Shown: positions 39,878 through 50,850 of the stretch, one piece after another
Numbering within the stretch: position 1 is the first letter of the stretch
Layout: the number at the start of each line of letters is the position of its first letter
Source of the DNA: an uncultured virus (IMG/VR IMGVR_UViG_3300029305_005079)
Lineage: Duplodnaviria; Heunggongvirae; Uroviricota; Caudoviricetes
Direction: 5' to 3' (one strand)
Virus record (IMG/VR): IMGVR_UViG_3300029305_005079
DNA: 64,000 nt
The notes under the pieces: model-generated
Databases searched by the model: none
What the model saw: only the letters and a program-made list of their open reading frames with translations
Told to the model about the DNA's origin: nothing
Made by a program: the position numbers and the translations under genes

Positions 39878-40020
39878 TTAAGAATATATCTGATATATGA
39901 TTAATATTGGTTGCAACCCATATTAACGGATATTTCTAAATAACGATAGATATACAGAAAAGCATGAAGATTTCCTTCATGCTTTTCTTTTTTAGTAAAA
40001 ACCTTTAGGAGGTAATTATT

Positions 40021-40431
40021 ATGGCATATGGAAATAAAGAATTTAAACTTGAGATCGATAATGAGGTAGATGAAGTTATCGATGAAGTCCCTGGAAGTAG
40101 TTTTATTGCTTTAAGAAAGCTCAGATGGTCAGACTCTGGTTCTTTTAAGCTTGATATTAGAAAGTGGTATACCAATTCTGAGGGAGAAGAAATTGCTGGT
40201 AAAGGTGTATCCTTTATGACAGAAGAAGGTCCTGATAATCTTATTGAGGCTCTTCTTAAACATGGATATGGAGATACCAGAAAAACTCTTAACGGTATTA
40301 AGGATAGAGAAGATTTTCTTCCTGCTGTTAAAGAGATTATTACAGAAAAAGGAGTAGACTTTGATTCTATTGAAGTTCCTTCACTCGATTCATTGAGCGA
40401 AGATTTCTATGATCCTAAGTCTATTCTTTAA
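40021..40431 (+). CDS. PC4/YdbC-like ssDNA-binding protein
   Basis: LRW...KLDIRKW...GKGVSF. Confidence 0.75.
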   Translation: MAYGNKEFKLEIDNEVDEVIDEVPGSSFIALRKLRWSDSGSFKLDIRKWYTNSEGEEIAGKGVSFMTEEGPDNLIEALLKHGYGDTRKTLNGIKDREDFLPAVKEIITEKGVDFDSIEVPSLDSLSEDFYDPKSIL

Positions 40432-40458
40432 AATACTTATCGTATAGGAGGAAGCTTT

Positions 40459-41571
40459 ATGTACGATAATATTCAAAGACAAGATATGGCTGATATCCTA
40501 TACGGAAGCTATATCAGATATGATAGAATGTATGAGATGACAAAATTTGCTTTATATGGAGCAAATGACGTCGATCATGTAAATATCTATATCGATTGCT
40601 ATTCTATTTTAAGATCTTTATATACAAGAGGCGGTGAAGTTAATAGAAAAGATTCTTATGCTATCGCTTCTTGTTTGATTAATCTTGCTATTCATATTAG
40701 AGCTTATTTTGAAACTCGCCATAATATAATGAGTAAGGTTTATCTTGTTTATGGCAGAGCAAGGCCTAGACAGGCTATTGTGAATTACTATAACTATAAT
40801 CAGAAGAATATATTTATGGAAGACTCAAATAGTTTACTAACTTCTCTTATTTTTGATAATCTTGAGGTTATGAAGATACTATGTCCATACTTACATGACA
40901 TCTTCTGTATTGTAGATATGGAGAATGAATTTTCTGTAATAACTTCAGCCATTATAGATAATTTATCTATTACTAGTAAAGCCCCAAATATAGTCTATAG
41001 CAAAGACGTCATATCTTATCAACTTGTAGCATACAAGCCGAGAACATGTTTATTTAGGCCCAAGAAGTCTAATAAAAATAATACTCGAGAAGATAATTCC
41101 TGGGTAGTTACTAAAAGCACTTTATATAATGCTTATAGATATGGAGAGCTAGGTCTTAAGAAAGAACGAGTTACAACTTTAGATGTAAAAATGTTTAGCA
41201 TATTCCAAGCCATTTCTGGAGTAAAGACTAGAAGCATGAATAGTATAGCAAATGCAAATACAACTCTTGCTATACTGGAAGAAGCTACTGGTGTGAATAC
41301 TTTTGCAAACGGGTATAATGCTAATTCAATATTTTATCTAGAGCCTAATCCCTTTACACTTATTTCAAGATTTCAAGATGAAGCTAAAGCTGCAGAAATA
41401 ACAAATAGATTTGCAGCGATAGATTTGCCTTATCAAACATCTCTATATAAAGCATCTATTAATTATATGGAACTTGAGAAGAGCATAATTAATCTATATA
41501 ATCCTCAAGAAATAAGAAATATAAATGATAGATATTTTACGGAGTATCCTCTTGATCTCAATAGAGTGTAA
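40459..41571 (+). CDS. conserved jumbo-phage protein, possibly a degenerate PIN/flap-nuclease fold
   Basis: NIYIDCYS...VYLVY...IVYSKD pattern. Confidence 0.45.
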   Translation: MYDNIQRQDMADILYGSYIRYDRMYEMTKFALYGANDVDHVNIYIDCYSILRSLYTRGGEVNRKDSYAIASCLINLAIHIRAYFETRHNIMSKVYLVYGRARPRQAIVNYYNYNQKNIFMEDSNSLLTSLIFDNLEVMKILCPYLHDIFCIVDMENEFSVITSAIIDNLSITSKAPNIVYSKDVISYQLVAYKPRTCLFRPKKSNKNNTREDNSWVVTKSTLYNAYRYGELGLKKERVTTLDVKMFSIFQAISGVKTRSMNSIANANTTLAILEEATGVNTFANGYNANSIFYLEPNPFTLISRFQDEAKAAEITNRFAAIDLPYQTSLYKASINYMELEKSIINLYNPQEIRNINDRYFTEYPLDLNRV

Positions 41572-41636
41572 AAAATCCGACCCTGAACATAAAGGTAGTA
41601 TGAGAATACTACCTTTATTTTTTTGGAGGTGAAAGT

Positions 41637-42896
41637 ATGGCTGTAAATGTAAATAGAATTGATAAAGAGTTTTATAGCTCTGACACAAATATATACAAAT
41701 ACTCTGCTAATCTTAAATATATACTCGGTGAGCAAATAATCGAGATCGAGCAAATGAATATTAAAAGTATAGCCATAGATAGCGATTACAAAAATATGAA
41801 GATGCCAATGATTATGCTAACTTGTTCTGTTCATAGAGATTATGTAGATCTTATGCAAGAAAATCAGAATAAGAGTATCTTCATTTTATCTATTAAGCGC
41901 GCTGTGGCAAACTCTGATATGCCAGATCTATATATGGATTTTATCGAAGATAAATTCATATATTTTATTTCTAGAAGTAATGAAGCCGTGCAAGAGCATA
42001 GTCAGGAAGGAAATCCTGATTCTGACGAGATTATAGATGATCCCGGAAGAAAGGATGTTTTTGAAGTTATTTCTCTTGGTTTGCTTAGTCTGGATCATTT
42101 AAATAAGAATAAGAAAATGATTAATGGGATAGTGTCTGGAAGTTTAAGTTCAATAATGTATTATGCAACTAGCCATCTTCCTATATTAATAGAGCCGCCA
42201 AAGAATAATGTAAATATTCAAAATCAGGTTATTCCTCCACTTAATAGTGTAGCAAAGACTCTCGAATATTTGAATTCTTTGTCAGTTTTCTATGATACTG
42301 CTTATAGATTCTTTATAGATTTCGATTGTTCTTATCTTATATCCTCTTCAGGAAAGTATGTTCCTAAAAAGGGAGAAACCATTGGAACTGTATTCATGAC
42401 TCTTAGAAACGCAGAAGATCCTGGAAGTAAAATTCAAGGTATGGTTGTAGATAAAGAAAATTCGATGTATAAATTCGATATAGATGACTCAGACTGCGAA
42501 ATCGTAGATAATCACATTTCAGGAAAATCATTTTCTAAACTTACCGCTACAGGCACGTCTGGGAATGCCTTTAGCAAAGAAGTTACAGATCTATCAGAAT
42601 CTGAATTGATTGCAAAGACGAAGACTATTAGAGTTTACAATGATAATACTGGTTTGGTAGATAATATGGTCTCTTCTATCAATACATCTTCTATACAGCT
42701 TATGATTCAGAAGGCAGATATCGATTCTTCTGTAATTACTATAAATAAAGAATATATCTTAAAAGCTGATGATGTATATGATAAAGAGAAATATAATGGT
42801 AGATATCTACTTATACAAAAACGCGAGCTATATATAAAAGTAGATGAAAGTTTCACCATGGATACAATGCTTATATTTGAAAAAATACCCGAATAA
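41637..42896 (+). CDS. putative virion structural (baseplate-hub-like) protein
   Basis: late promoter 41586-41597; IPPLN...YRFFIDFD. Confidence 0.5.
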   Translation: MAVNVNRIDKEFYSSDTNIYKYSANLKYILGEQIIEIEQMNIKSIAIDSDYKNMKMPMIMLTCSVHRDYVDLMQENQNKSIFILSIKRAVANSDMPDLYMDFIEDKFIYFISRSNEAVQEHSQEGNPDSDEIIDDPGRKDVFEVISLGLLSLDHLNKNKKMINGIVSGSLSSIMYYATSHLPILIEPPKNNVNIQNQVIPPLNSVAKTLEYLNSLSVFYDTAYRFFIDFDCSYLISSSGKYVPKKGETIGTVFMTLRNAEDPGSKIQGMVVDKENSMYKFDIDDSDCEIVDNHISGKSFSKLTATGTSGNAFSKEVTDLSESELIAKTKTIRVYNDNTGLVDNMVSSINTSSIQLMIQKADIDSSVITINKEYILKADDVYDKEKYNGRYLLIQKRELYIKVDESFTMDTMLIFEKIPE

Positions 42897-42942
42897 GAAA
42901 AAGCACACAAGGGAAATAAATCCCTTGTGTGTTTATTTTTTT

Positions 42943-45177
42943 TTAATTAGCAGGCTGGCCTTCACCAGTCTGACCCCGCTGCTGTTCTTTGGAAGCGGTA
43001 GCTTTTCCATTAGGAGCTTCATTTTTACTCTTAATTACTCTCTTAGGAGCTCCATTAACCTGAGCATGATACGTAATAATCTGCATAAGTTCAGATCTTA
43101 CGAATGCAGCTCCGGTGAGTTTTGCAAGAAGAACGTTCTTATATGCATTAATATAAGATTTGAATCCATCCTTCTCACTCTTCTTAGCAGTCTCTTGAGC
43201 GGTTTCACCACCATTAACCTCTGCCTCAGTAAACCATCTCTGATAAAGTTCGGAATAATACATGGATTCCTGCTTTGCTTCACCTTCGGCATTTTCCGCA
43301 GGAGCCTGGATTTGGGCATTCTGATTGGCAGAATCATCCTTCTTATCTGTGCCAGTCTTGATCTTATCCGCAGGGTTTTCGGAAGGCTTTTCACCAACTT
43401 TTGTACTAGCCTTTTTAGCTTCCTGCTCAAGCTTTCTTACATCATCTCTGATTTTAGCAAGCTGATTGTTAGGAGCCTGAAGGAAGGTCATAATATTAGC
43501 TCTTGCACCTTCTAGTTCTTTATTACCGATAACAACTTCAGGATATCTATCTTTAGGCATTGAAGCACCGTAATATGCTTTGCAGAATTCTGCTGGAGAA
43601 ATATCGCTACCTTCAGAACCGCTTCTAGCAGCTCCGAGAGAAGGTCTAATATATTTGATAAAGAATGCCTTCTCATCCTCGAGATCATTCTGCATGCTAG
43701 CATAGTCATAAGGCTTTATAGCAGGTTTGGAAGAATCAAGAATTCTAGTCAAACCATTAATAACATCTCCGGTAGATTTAAGTTCTTGGAAGTTAAACGG
43801 TTTCTGAATATACTGAAGATTTTTCTTAATATATGTAGCATCAAGACTAAGCTTGTCTCTAAGGTTAGCAAAGAACTTGTCAATAGCAGCCATGATATTC
43901 TTAATAATTTCCATGAATCTATCGCCAAGTTTCTTCTCTTCGGCTTCTCTCATAGCAACAAGCTTCTTGAAAGTATCATATCCAAAGCCCTCTGCAAAGA
44001 TAGCAGCCTCGTTAGCTGCGATTCTACGTCTAGATTCTCTAGCTTCTGCAGAGAATGCATAGCATTCTGCAGTCAATTCAAGATCGAGCCATTCTGTACG
44101 ATTAAAGTCTCTATAGTCTTCATTATCGAAGAGAGTATTACCATCGAACATTTCTCCATGAATAGTAGAAGTTTCGAAAAAGCTCTTAGTAGCCTTTCTG
44201 AATACGCTATTAGCATAATTGCCAGCAGCTGTATTAATAGAAATAAGTTTAGCGAAATACCACTCTACATCAGCTACAACATTATGAATTACTTGAACAA
44301 GCTCTTTAGCATAATCTCTAGCTTCAGGAGATATGGAACCAGATCTTGTTTTTAGTTTCTCATCATAATTTTTAAGAATCTGTCTGATAGCTGCCATTTT
44401 ATCTTCAGCATCTTTTGTTATATCCTCAGCTTTTCTCTGTCTTTCAAGCTCTTTATTAATATAATCAAATGCACTCATTTCCACATTATCAGTATACATC
44501 GTATCAGCTGAAATAGCAGATCTGAAACTTTCTGTGTCTGTAATTTTATTTGTATAACTAGGATTTTCTCTTACTTTAACAGCAATCTTGCCAAGAACTT
44601 TATATACAGTATTTTTATCCTTATCTATATTATCCTTAGACAAGTTATCTGTTGCCCCTGATAAAGCTCTATCGATACTAGATGTTACATTATTAAGACT
44701 TGGTGCGATATAACCATCGTTAATATCGGAAATAGCTGGCCTGTTAAAAGTTTTAAATTTCTTTACTTTTGCAAGATTTGATTTAGGGTTGATGCCTCCA
44801 TGGGTAGCTGCATGAAAATCTCTTTCGAGTTTTCTCATATCGGCTGCTGTTTTCTTAAAAGCACCAGTTCTTAAGAAATTAATGAATTTATCAATAAGAT
44901 CTATAATAGCCTGAATCGCTTTAGATAAAAATGCATGAATACCTGTTACGATTCCTTCTGTCATAACAGCTTCTGTACAAGTACCATTTGCGTATTCTGA
45001 TAGATATCTATAATATCCAATATTTTCTTCAGTATCAATTTGATGCAGAATATCATTTGATTCGAGAATATCATAGATAAATGATTCTGTCGAAGGTTCC
45101 TGCATCTGCCTCAAAGATAAAGAAGAGATATTATTAGATTTATTTTGTTCATTTAAGATATTAGAACTAAAAAACAT
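42943..45177 (-). CDS. putative internal head protein (two-module)
   Basis: acidic N-terminus with xxE motifs, then amphipathic helices; late promoter 45203-45214. Confidence 0.6.
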   Translation of the reverse strand: MFFSSNILNEQNKSNNISSLSLRQMQEPSTESFIYDILESNDILHQIDTEENIGYYRYLSEYANGTCTEAVMTEGIVTGIHAFLSKAIQAIIDLIDKFINFLRTGAFKKTAADMRKLERDFHAATHGGINPKSNLAKVKKFKTFNRPAISDINDGYIAPSLNNVTSSIDRALSGATDNLSKDNIDKDKNTVYKVLGKIAVKVRENPSYTNKITDTESFRSAISADTMYTDNVEMSAFDYINKELERQRKAEDITKDAEDKMAAIRQILKNYDEKLKTRSGSISPEARDYAKELVQVIHNVVADVEWYFAKLISINTAAGNYANSVFRKATKSFFETSTIHGEMFDGNTLFDNEDYRDFNRTEWLDLELTAECYAFSAEARESRRRIAANEAAIFAEGFGYDTFKKLVAMREAEEKKLGDRFMEIIKNIMAAIDKFFANLRDKLSLDATYIKKNLQYIQKPFNFQELKSTGDVINGLTRILDSSKPAIKPYDYASMQNDLEDEKAFFIKYIRPSLGAARSGSEGSDISPAEFCKAYYGASMPKDRYPEVVIGNKELEGARANIMTFLQAPNNQLAKIRDDVRKLEQEAKKASTKVGEKPSENPADKIKTGTDKKDDSANQNAQIQAPAENAEGEAKQESMYYSELYQRWFTEAEVNGGETAQETAKKSEKDGFKSYINAYKNVLLAKLTGAAFVRSELMQIITYHAQVNGAPKRVIKSKNEAPNGKATASKEQQRGQTGEGQPAN

Positions 45178-45285
45178 AAGATTTCTCCTCCTTTTATAGT
45201 CTTACTAATAAGTTAAATCTTATAAAAGAATATGGGATTAGACCGAAGTCTAATCCCATAAATATATTTCGAAAGATTATAGATA

Positions 45286-46401
45286 TTAGAGCATGGAAAT
45301 TCCATTGAAGAGAGTGGACTCGCCAACAGCAGTTTCCTTCTTCTTATCATCCTTCTTGCCCTTACCAGCCCAGAAATGAGCAAGCATTCTATACTGAGAT
45401 CTCTTAGCCTTTGCAACGCTAAGGTAAACGCCGCAAGCAACATGGCTAACGTTGATAGCAGTCTTGATAGCGGTAGTACCCATCTGGCAGACGTTCATAT
45501 AAGCTGCAGAGTTTTCGCCCTCTACACCCTTCTTCTCCCAGTCCTTGATAGTAGCAAGCTGCTTCTTATATTCGCCTTTAAGAGTATTGTAAGCTTTACG
45601 GATTGCAGCAGTTTCTCTATCACCCTTAAGAGTATTGATAACATCATCTACCTTAGCAACGCCCTTAAGTGCAACCTTTTCTGCCTTAACACCGATCTTA
45701 TCTTCACGAAGCTGCTTCTTGAAGTTCTCGTTATTATCTGCAGAATCTGCTCCAAAATACTTATACATAGCCTTCGCCTGAGCATCAGCCTTATAAGTGC
45801 CCGCAAGAGTAGCTAGCTGATCCTTATCGATCTTACCATTCTTAGCATCATCAAGATGCTTGGTAATTTCTTCATAGGTTCCTACAGGAGTAGTAGGATA
45901 CTCGAGATTAGCTTTAGAGAAGTCGATACCTTCCTTAGACCAGTCAGTATTGAAACCTTCCTTGATAGCATTTTCATGCTTAGCTACGAACTTCTTATCG
46001 ATCTTTGCGGCAAAATCAAGCTTTGCAAGAAGTTCCTTAAAGGCCTTAGTAAGCTTCTCGAAGTTGGTAACGATAAACTTCTTAACCTCTTCGAAGAAAG
46101 ACTTAATAGTCATAGCCTCATAGATCATGTCGCGGCCCATAGCTGCCTCATTGAGCTCAGCTACACCGATAGCCTGCATAATCTGATTAAAGTTGTACTC
46201 GCTCTCATATACGATTTCAGCAAACTCTTCAACAGGCTCGCCAATCATACCCTCCTGAGCATCTTCAACTTCATCCTGATGAGCGGCAATACCATTCTCA
46301 CCAGCAATATCCTTTTCAACCTGGTCGAGATCAACCCCGATATCATCAGGAGTCTGGATAGCACCCTCAACCGCGGATTCCTTGATTCTAGTGTAAATCA
46401 T
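45286..46401 (-). CDS. putative internal head protein
   Basis: acidic propeptide, MIYE-AMTIKSFFEEVKKFI; high codon bias. Confidence 0.65.
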   Translation of the reverse strand: MIYTRIKESAVEGAIQTPDDIGVDLDQVEKDIAGENGIAAHQDEVEDAQEGMIGEPVEEFAEIVYESEYNFNQIMQAIGVAELNEAAMGRDMIYEAMTIKSFFEEVKKFIVTNFEKLTKAFKELLAKLDFAAKIDKKFVAKHENAIKEGFNTDWSKEGIDFSKANLEYPTTPVGTYEEITKHLDDAKNGKIDKDQLATLAGTYKADAQAKAMYKYFGADSADNNENFKKQLREDKIGVKAEKVALKGVAKVDDVINTLKGDRETAAIRKAYNTLKGEYKKQLATIKDWEKKGVEGENSAAYMNVCQMGTTAIKTAINVSHVACGVYLSVAKAKRSQYRMLAHFWAGKGKKDDKKKETAVGESTLFNGISML

Positions 46402-46421
46402 TGCTGTATCTCCTTTCTTGA

Positions 46422-47555
46422 TTATTCTGCATCATCAATCTCAACAGCATCAACTTCAGCCTCAATAGCAGACTGGGTTTCAGCAGGGAGATCCTTGATA
46501 TCAGTATCGAGAGCAACATCTACTTCATCCTCAGCTACGATAGGAGCAGACTCAGCAACAGTATTATCTACACCCTTTCTAGCGATAGCGAGAATTTCAT
46601 TAAGACCAGAATATGCAATTCTGATATTAAGCTTATAGCATCTGATATAAGCATTAACGATGTTTGCAGTTACAGTTTCAAAAGCGCTTACCATAGTAGC
46701 GATATTGGAAACTGAAAGATCAGACTTCTTCTTATCTTCCTTAGAAGAGTCCTTAGTAATGAGGTCCTTCTCAGCCTTAGTAAGCTCAGCTTTAACCTCA
46801 CCAAGTTTCTTTTCGATTGCAGCCTGGGTTTCTTTAAGTCCCTTGATACAACCCTTGTTGTTTGCAAGAGCATCCTTAGCGAATTCTACAAACTTCTTTA
46901 CATCCTTGGTTTCAGTAGCAAGGTTGTTCATAACCGACTGCTGATAGTCCTTAGGAGCAATAACAGTACCGCTAGTAGCATTCAACTGCTTACCAAGAGC
47001 GGCAGCGATAAGCTCGGATTTATTCATTCTATCGCTATCTTTTGCTTTAGCGATAGTCTTCTTATAAAACTCTGCATCAGGAATAGCTTTTACCTTTTCG
47101 GCAAGCTTTACCTGATCGATATGTTTACGACCCTTAAATTCCTTGCCCTTTTCCTTTGCGCCTGCTACATAGTTTTCATACTTATATTCCTTCTCGAAAG
47201 CCTTAAGAAACTTAGAAGCATCTCCAGTAAGGAAATAAACCATCTTAGCGATAGCAGACTTGAATACAGCCTTGATCTTGGCCCAGAACTTCATAAGGCG
47301 ATCCTTCATCTGTGCGAAGAATTCCTTTGTAGTCATCTCATTAAGAGCCTGCACTTCAGACTCAAGAAGAGTACCTTCGCGAAGACCCTGAATTTCAGCA
47401 AAATCAGAAGCAAGAACTGCTTCAAAAATAGCCTGATCGTTGACCTGAGTCTCATACAGGATACGACCAATATCATTAGCACCGTAGCTCTCATTTGCAA
47501 CGACAGTTGCGTCAGAAGCACGACCCATTCTATTATTTGCAGCATAAATAGACAT
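46422..47555 (-). CDS. putative internal head protein
   Basis: ALNE-MTTKEFFAQMKDRLMKFWAKIK; late promoter 47634-47645. Confidence 0.65.
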   Translation of the reverse strand: MSIYAANNRMGRASDATVVANESYGANDIGRILYETQVNDQAIFEAVLASDFAEIQGLREGTLLESEVQALNEMTTKEFFAQMKDRLMKFWAKIKAVFKSAIAKMVYFLTGDASKFLKAFEKEYKYENYVAGAKEKGKEFKGRKHIDQVKLAEKVKAIPDAEFYKKTIAKAKDSDRMNKSELIAAALGKQLNATSGTVIAPKDYQQSVMNNLATETKDVKKFVEFAKDALANNKGCIKGLKETQAAIEKKLGEVKAELTKAEKDLITKDSSKEDKKKSDLSVSNIATMVSAFETVTANIVNAYIRCYKLNIRIAYSGLNEILAIARKGVDNTVAESAPIVAEDEVDVALDTDIKDLPAETQSAIEAEVDAVEIDDAE

Positions 47556-47680
47556 AAGTCTTTTCCTCCTTAATTATTTATAATTTGTAATTTAGATTTC
47601 AATCTATAAGAGATATAATCATTCTACAGATTTTACTATGATGTTTGGTATTGGTAGACTTTACAGTTGTCCTAAATCAA

Positions 47681-48916
47681 TTAAAACAAAGCAGATACGC
47701 TATCCGGAATCTCATCAGTAACATCTCCAAGCTTCATCTTCTTGTTATTGCTTGTAATTTCTTTAGAACTTTCAACTTCAGCCTTCTTACCATTGATTGC
47801 AATTTTATTTGCAATCTTTCTGAAGAGCTCAACGATCTTGAGCTGCTTAGAAATAATCTTCTCTTTCTGTTCATCATCTTTAGTAGAATTATTTTCTACA
47901 TTATATGCATTCATCTGGAGAAGGTCTGCCTGAATATCAAAGAAATCAGATACTCTCATTCTAGTATAATAGAAGAAGAATACGATCTCTCTAAGAATCG
48001 GGATAATATTGAGAATAAGTGCGATCACAGCACCAGCGGTAACAGCGATGGCTACAGCGCCACCGATAGCTCCCTCACTGAGCTTTGTAATTCTATTCTG
48101 AATAAGATGCTCCATAGCCTTATCAAAGTCACCAGATTTGCAAACCTTATTAAACTTCTTAAGGCTAGTATAAAGCATATTACTCTTAGTCTTAGAATAT
48201 GCAACTTTATCAAGAGTAATTTGGAAAGAATCTCTGTTAGGAGTTTTAATAAACTCGATAGAAGTTGCGATCATATAAGAAATGGCATCAATAATAGCGA
48301 GTACCATGTTATTGTACATGACCATAGGAAGCTCTACCTTGAGTCTAAAAGCTCTCTCGAAGAGATCCTTACGAGTTTCGATATTAGAGACAGCTTCAGC
48401 AATCTCATCAACAGGAGTGGTATCCTGCTTAAACTCTTTAAGAATACCACGAAGAAGTTCAGTACATTCACGAATTTTTTCGTAGTTAGGAAGCTTTGTA
48501 ATATCGCCTTTAGTGTTGGGGATATCTCCATAATCGATATCATCAATCTTGACAACGATATTATCATAAAGCTTAGAAGTGAGAGCAGTCAAAACAGAAG
48601 TCTGATCTGCTTCATTCATATATTTAACGGCTTTACGAGTCAAAGAATCAGAAAGATCAAGATGCTCTGTAAATGCAGACATGATCTTAGGATCTTTAAA
48701 GAATTCGCTATAACCAGGTTCTCCAGCCAACTCCTCAGAGCGAGCCAATCCAAGTTCAGGATTGAAACCGTAAAGCTCCTCAGGAGTGCAACCTTCAAAA
48801 CCATTAACTCTAGCACTATCCTTTTCAGTTCCAGTAGTATGGTCGTCATGATTTACTACACTTGCAGCGCTTTCTTTAACAACTTTAACTCTATTCTTAG
48901 GATTAGAGACAATCAT
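47681..48916 (-). CDS. putative virion structural protein
   Basis: 411-aa ORF with RBS AGGAGG in a late operon. Confidence 0.6.
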   Translation of the reverse strand: MIVSNPKNRVKVVKESAASVVNHDDHTTGTEKDSARVNGFEGCTPEELYGFNPELGLARSEELAGEPGYSEFFKDPKIMSAFTEHLDLSDSLTRKAVKYMNEADQTSVLTALTSKLYDNIVVKIDDIDYGDIPNTKGDITKLPNYEKIRECTELLRGILKEFKQDTTPVDEIAEAVSNIETRKDLFERAFRLKVELPMVMYNNMVLAIIDAISYMIATSIEFIKTPNRDSFQITLDKVAYSKTKSNMLYTSLKKFNKVCKSGDFDKAMEHLIQNRITKLSEGAIGGAVAIAVTAGAVIALILNIIPILREIVFFFYYTRMRVSDFFDIQADLLQMNAYNVENNSTKDDEQKEKIISKQLKIVELFRKIANKIAINGKKAEVESSKEITSNNKKMKLGDVTDEIPDSVSALF

Positions 48917-48942
48917 TTCAATTCATCCTCCTTTCCTTAATA

Positions 48943-50286
48943 TTAGCGAGCAACCTTAGTCATAAGGTTAACAACACGCTTATATGTGTTATCGGAAGAC
49001 TCTCTTTCAAGATGAGTGAAAGAAATAGTTTCCCACATAGGCTCCTGTTCATCATAAATGAACTTAGCAACCTCAAGAGACTCATCTACAATACAGATGC
49101 ACATGAGGTTAAGAGAATCAAAGAGACCAAGAACTGTTGCAATTTTTTCGAGATCTACATTGTGATTCTTTCTGAGATATTCAACCTCTTCCTGAGAAAC
49201 ACAAAGAGTTGTAATTGCAGCAGCATTATTATTCTGTCTAAGAGCTTTCTTAAGACGAGAAACAGTAGCTCTACGCTCAAGAACTTTCCACATTCTATCG
49301 GAAGTGCTCTTACGGGTAGATAAAGACATGGCATCAATCTTTGCTTTATCAAGTGCAAGAACAAAATCCTTCATAAAAGAAATTTCTCTAGTAGTAGCTC
49401 TGAAGAAATTGGTAAGCCAGTTTCTATCAGTATTCTTTTCAGCAATATGCTTAACGATATCATCAGATCCAATAGGATAAAGCTTGGCCTTAACACCAAT
49501 TACTCCATTTTCATAATTGTATGTGCCGCCATTCTTAGCTTCAACCTGGAAGTTAACGATCATTGTTGTAGGCATAAGCTCGTTGGCTTTCTTAAAATCA
49601 CTATCGGCAACCTGGTTCTTGAAGTAGTCTGTAGTATTCTTCTTCATTCCAAGCTCATCTGCTTTGTCTTTTGCCATAGAGCGAGGTTTACCCGCTTCAG
49701 GGCTACCTGCTTTACCATCTACATCTCCTTCGACAGAGACAGCTCCTTCTTTTACAGAGAACTGCATAAGAGAGCTTTCATTAATAGACGTGGGGAGGTA
49801 GTGATTAATGTTTTTCAAATCTTCTTTGATAGCGCCTTCATAAAATCTGCTTGCCGAAGGACGATTTGTATCAGCGAGTCCAGAAGCGCGACCAGCTAAA
49901 TCAAACAAGTCATCTAGGCTTGCAGCACTAGACGAAAGATTTGAATGAAATTTGCGAATATAATCTTCAACGCTAGATACATCATCGCTAGCTATCTGCC
50001 AGCTTGCAAATAGACGCTGAAGCATAGTCACAGCATTTTTCTCTACTGCTTTACTAATCATAGAAGCGTTTTCGATACTAATACCGCGACTACAAATAAC
50101 AGGGAAAACCAGATTAAGATTAGACGATGCTTTCGAGATCGAAGTTGCACCAAGCATGGGTTTAGAAGCAGTTTTCTTAGCCTTGAAGTCGATGTCTTCA
50201 TCTTTGAGCTGCTTAATACCATCCCATACATCCATTATATCTTTAAGAACCGTCTCATGAATCATTCTAGGGTTCGTATTATTCAT
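48943..50286 (-). CDS. putative virion structural protein
   Basis: KKANELMPT, IGVKAKLYP; late promoter 50315-50326. Confidence 0.6.
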   Translation of the reverse strand: MNNTNPRMIHETVLKDIMDVWDGIKQLKDEDIDFKAKKTASKPMLGATSISKASSNLNLVFPVICSRGISIENASMISKAVEKNAVTMLQRLFASWQIASDDVSSVEDYIRKFHSNLSSSAASLDDLFDLAGRASGLADTNRPSASRFYEGAIKEDLKNINHYLPTSINESSLMQFSVKEGAVSVEGDVDGKAGSPEAGKPRSMAKDKADELGMKKNTTDYFKNQVADSDFKKANELMPTTMIVNFQVEAKNGGTYNYENGVIGVKAKLYPIGSDDIVKHIAEKNTDRNWLTNFFRATTREISFMKDFVLALDKAKIDAMSLSTRKSTSDRMWKVLERRATVSRLKKALRQNNNAAAITTLCVSQEEVEYLRKNHNVDLEKIATVLGLFDSLNLMCICIVDESLEVAKFIYDEQEPMWETISFTHLERESSDNTYKRVVNLMTKVAR

Positions 50287-50374
50287 AGAGATTGGACCTC
50301 CTTCTTTATAAATTTATTTGTATGTTCAAGGTAAAAAATAAAAATAAAGGGCCTAGATTTAACCCCAGTAGGGG

Positions 50375-50662
50375 TTATTTTGTTGTTATAGGCTCTAATA
50401 CATTTGATACAATCTGTTTCATTTCTTCAACAGGAGTGTTACCAGCATAAATATTTATAACAGGGCAGTTTCGTGTAGAGTTCGCCATAGCATATGCTAA
50501 TTGTAGAATAGCATTAGATAAATTATCCATAGATTGTAGCTTCTTATTGAGCATCCTTTCTTGAAATTGTTCCTCGCGTTCTACAAATATCATTTTTGTT
50601 TCTATTTCTTTTTGGCGTTCCCACTCTTCAGCTTCTGCATAAACTTCAGATTCTTTTTTCAT
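50375..50662 (-). CDS. small early protein flanked by imperfect inverted repeats
   Basis: RBS AAGGAG; early promoter 50780-50791; IRs 50341-50361 and 50751-50774. Confidence 0.6.
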   Translation of the reverse strand: MKKESEVYAEAEEWERQKEIETKMIFVEREEQFQERMLNKKLQSMDNLSNAILQLAYAMANSTRNCPVINIYAGNTPVEEMKQIVSNVLEPITTK

Positions 50663-50850
50663 CGTTATCGTTGTGTCTCCTTTGTCCGTTTAAAAGTTGT
50701 TTTTATTTCCCGAATTTGTGACACGGCAAAGAGACCTAAGTGATCTTAAATAAAATCTAAGCCCTCTTTATTTTCATTATTATATTATATATCCACGGCC
50801 AATTTTAACCCTCCAACATTATTATAATTACAATACGAAGGAGGATAAAT

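Noticed and set aside
30499..48940. Long antisense ORFs (30499-31365, 39092-39871, 45856-46638, 47645-48940)
   Set aside because: Shadow frames of codon-biased genes, with no RBS and atypical composition.
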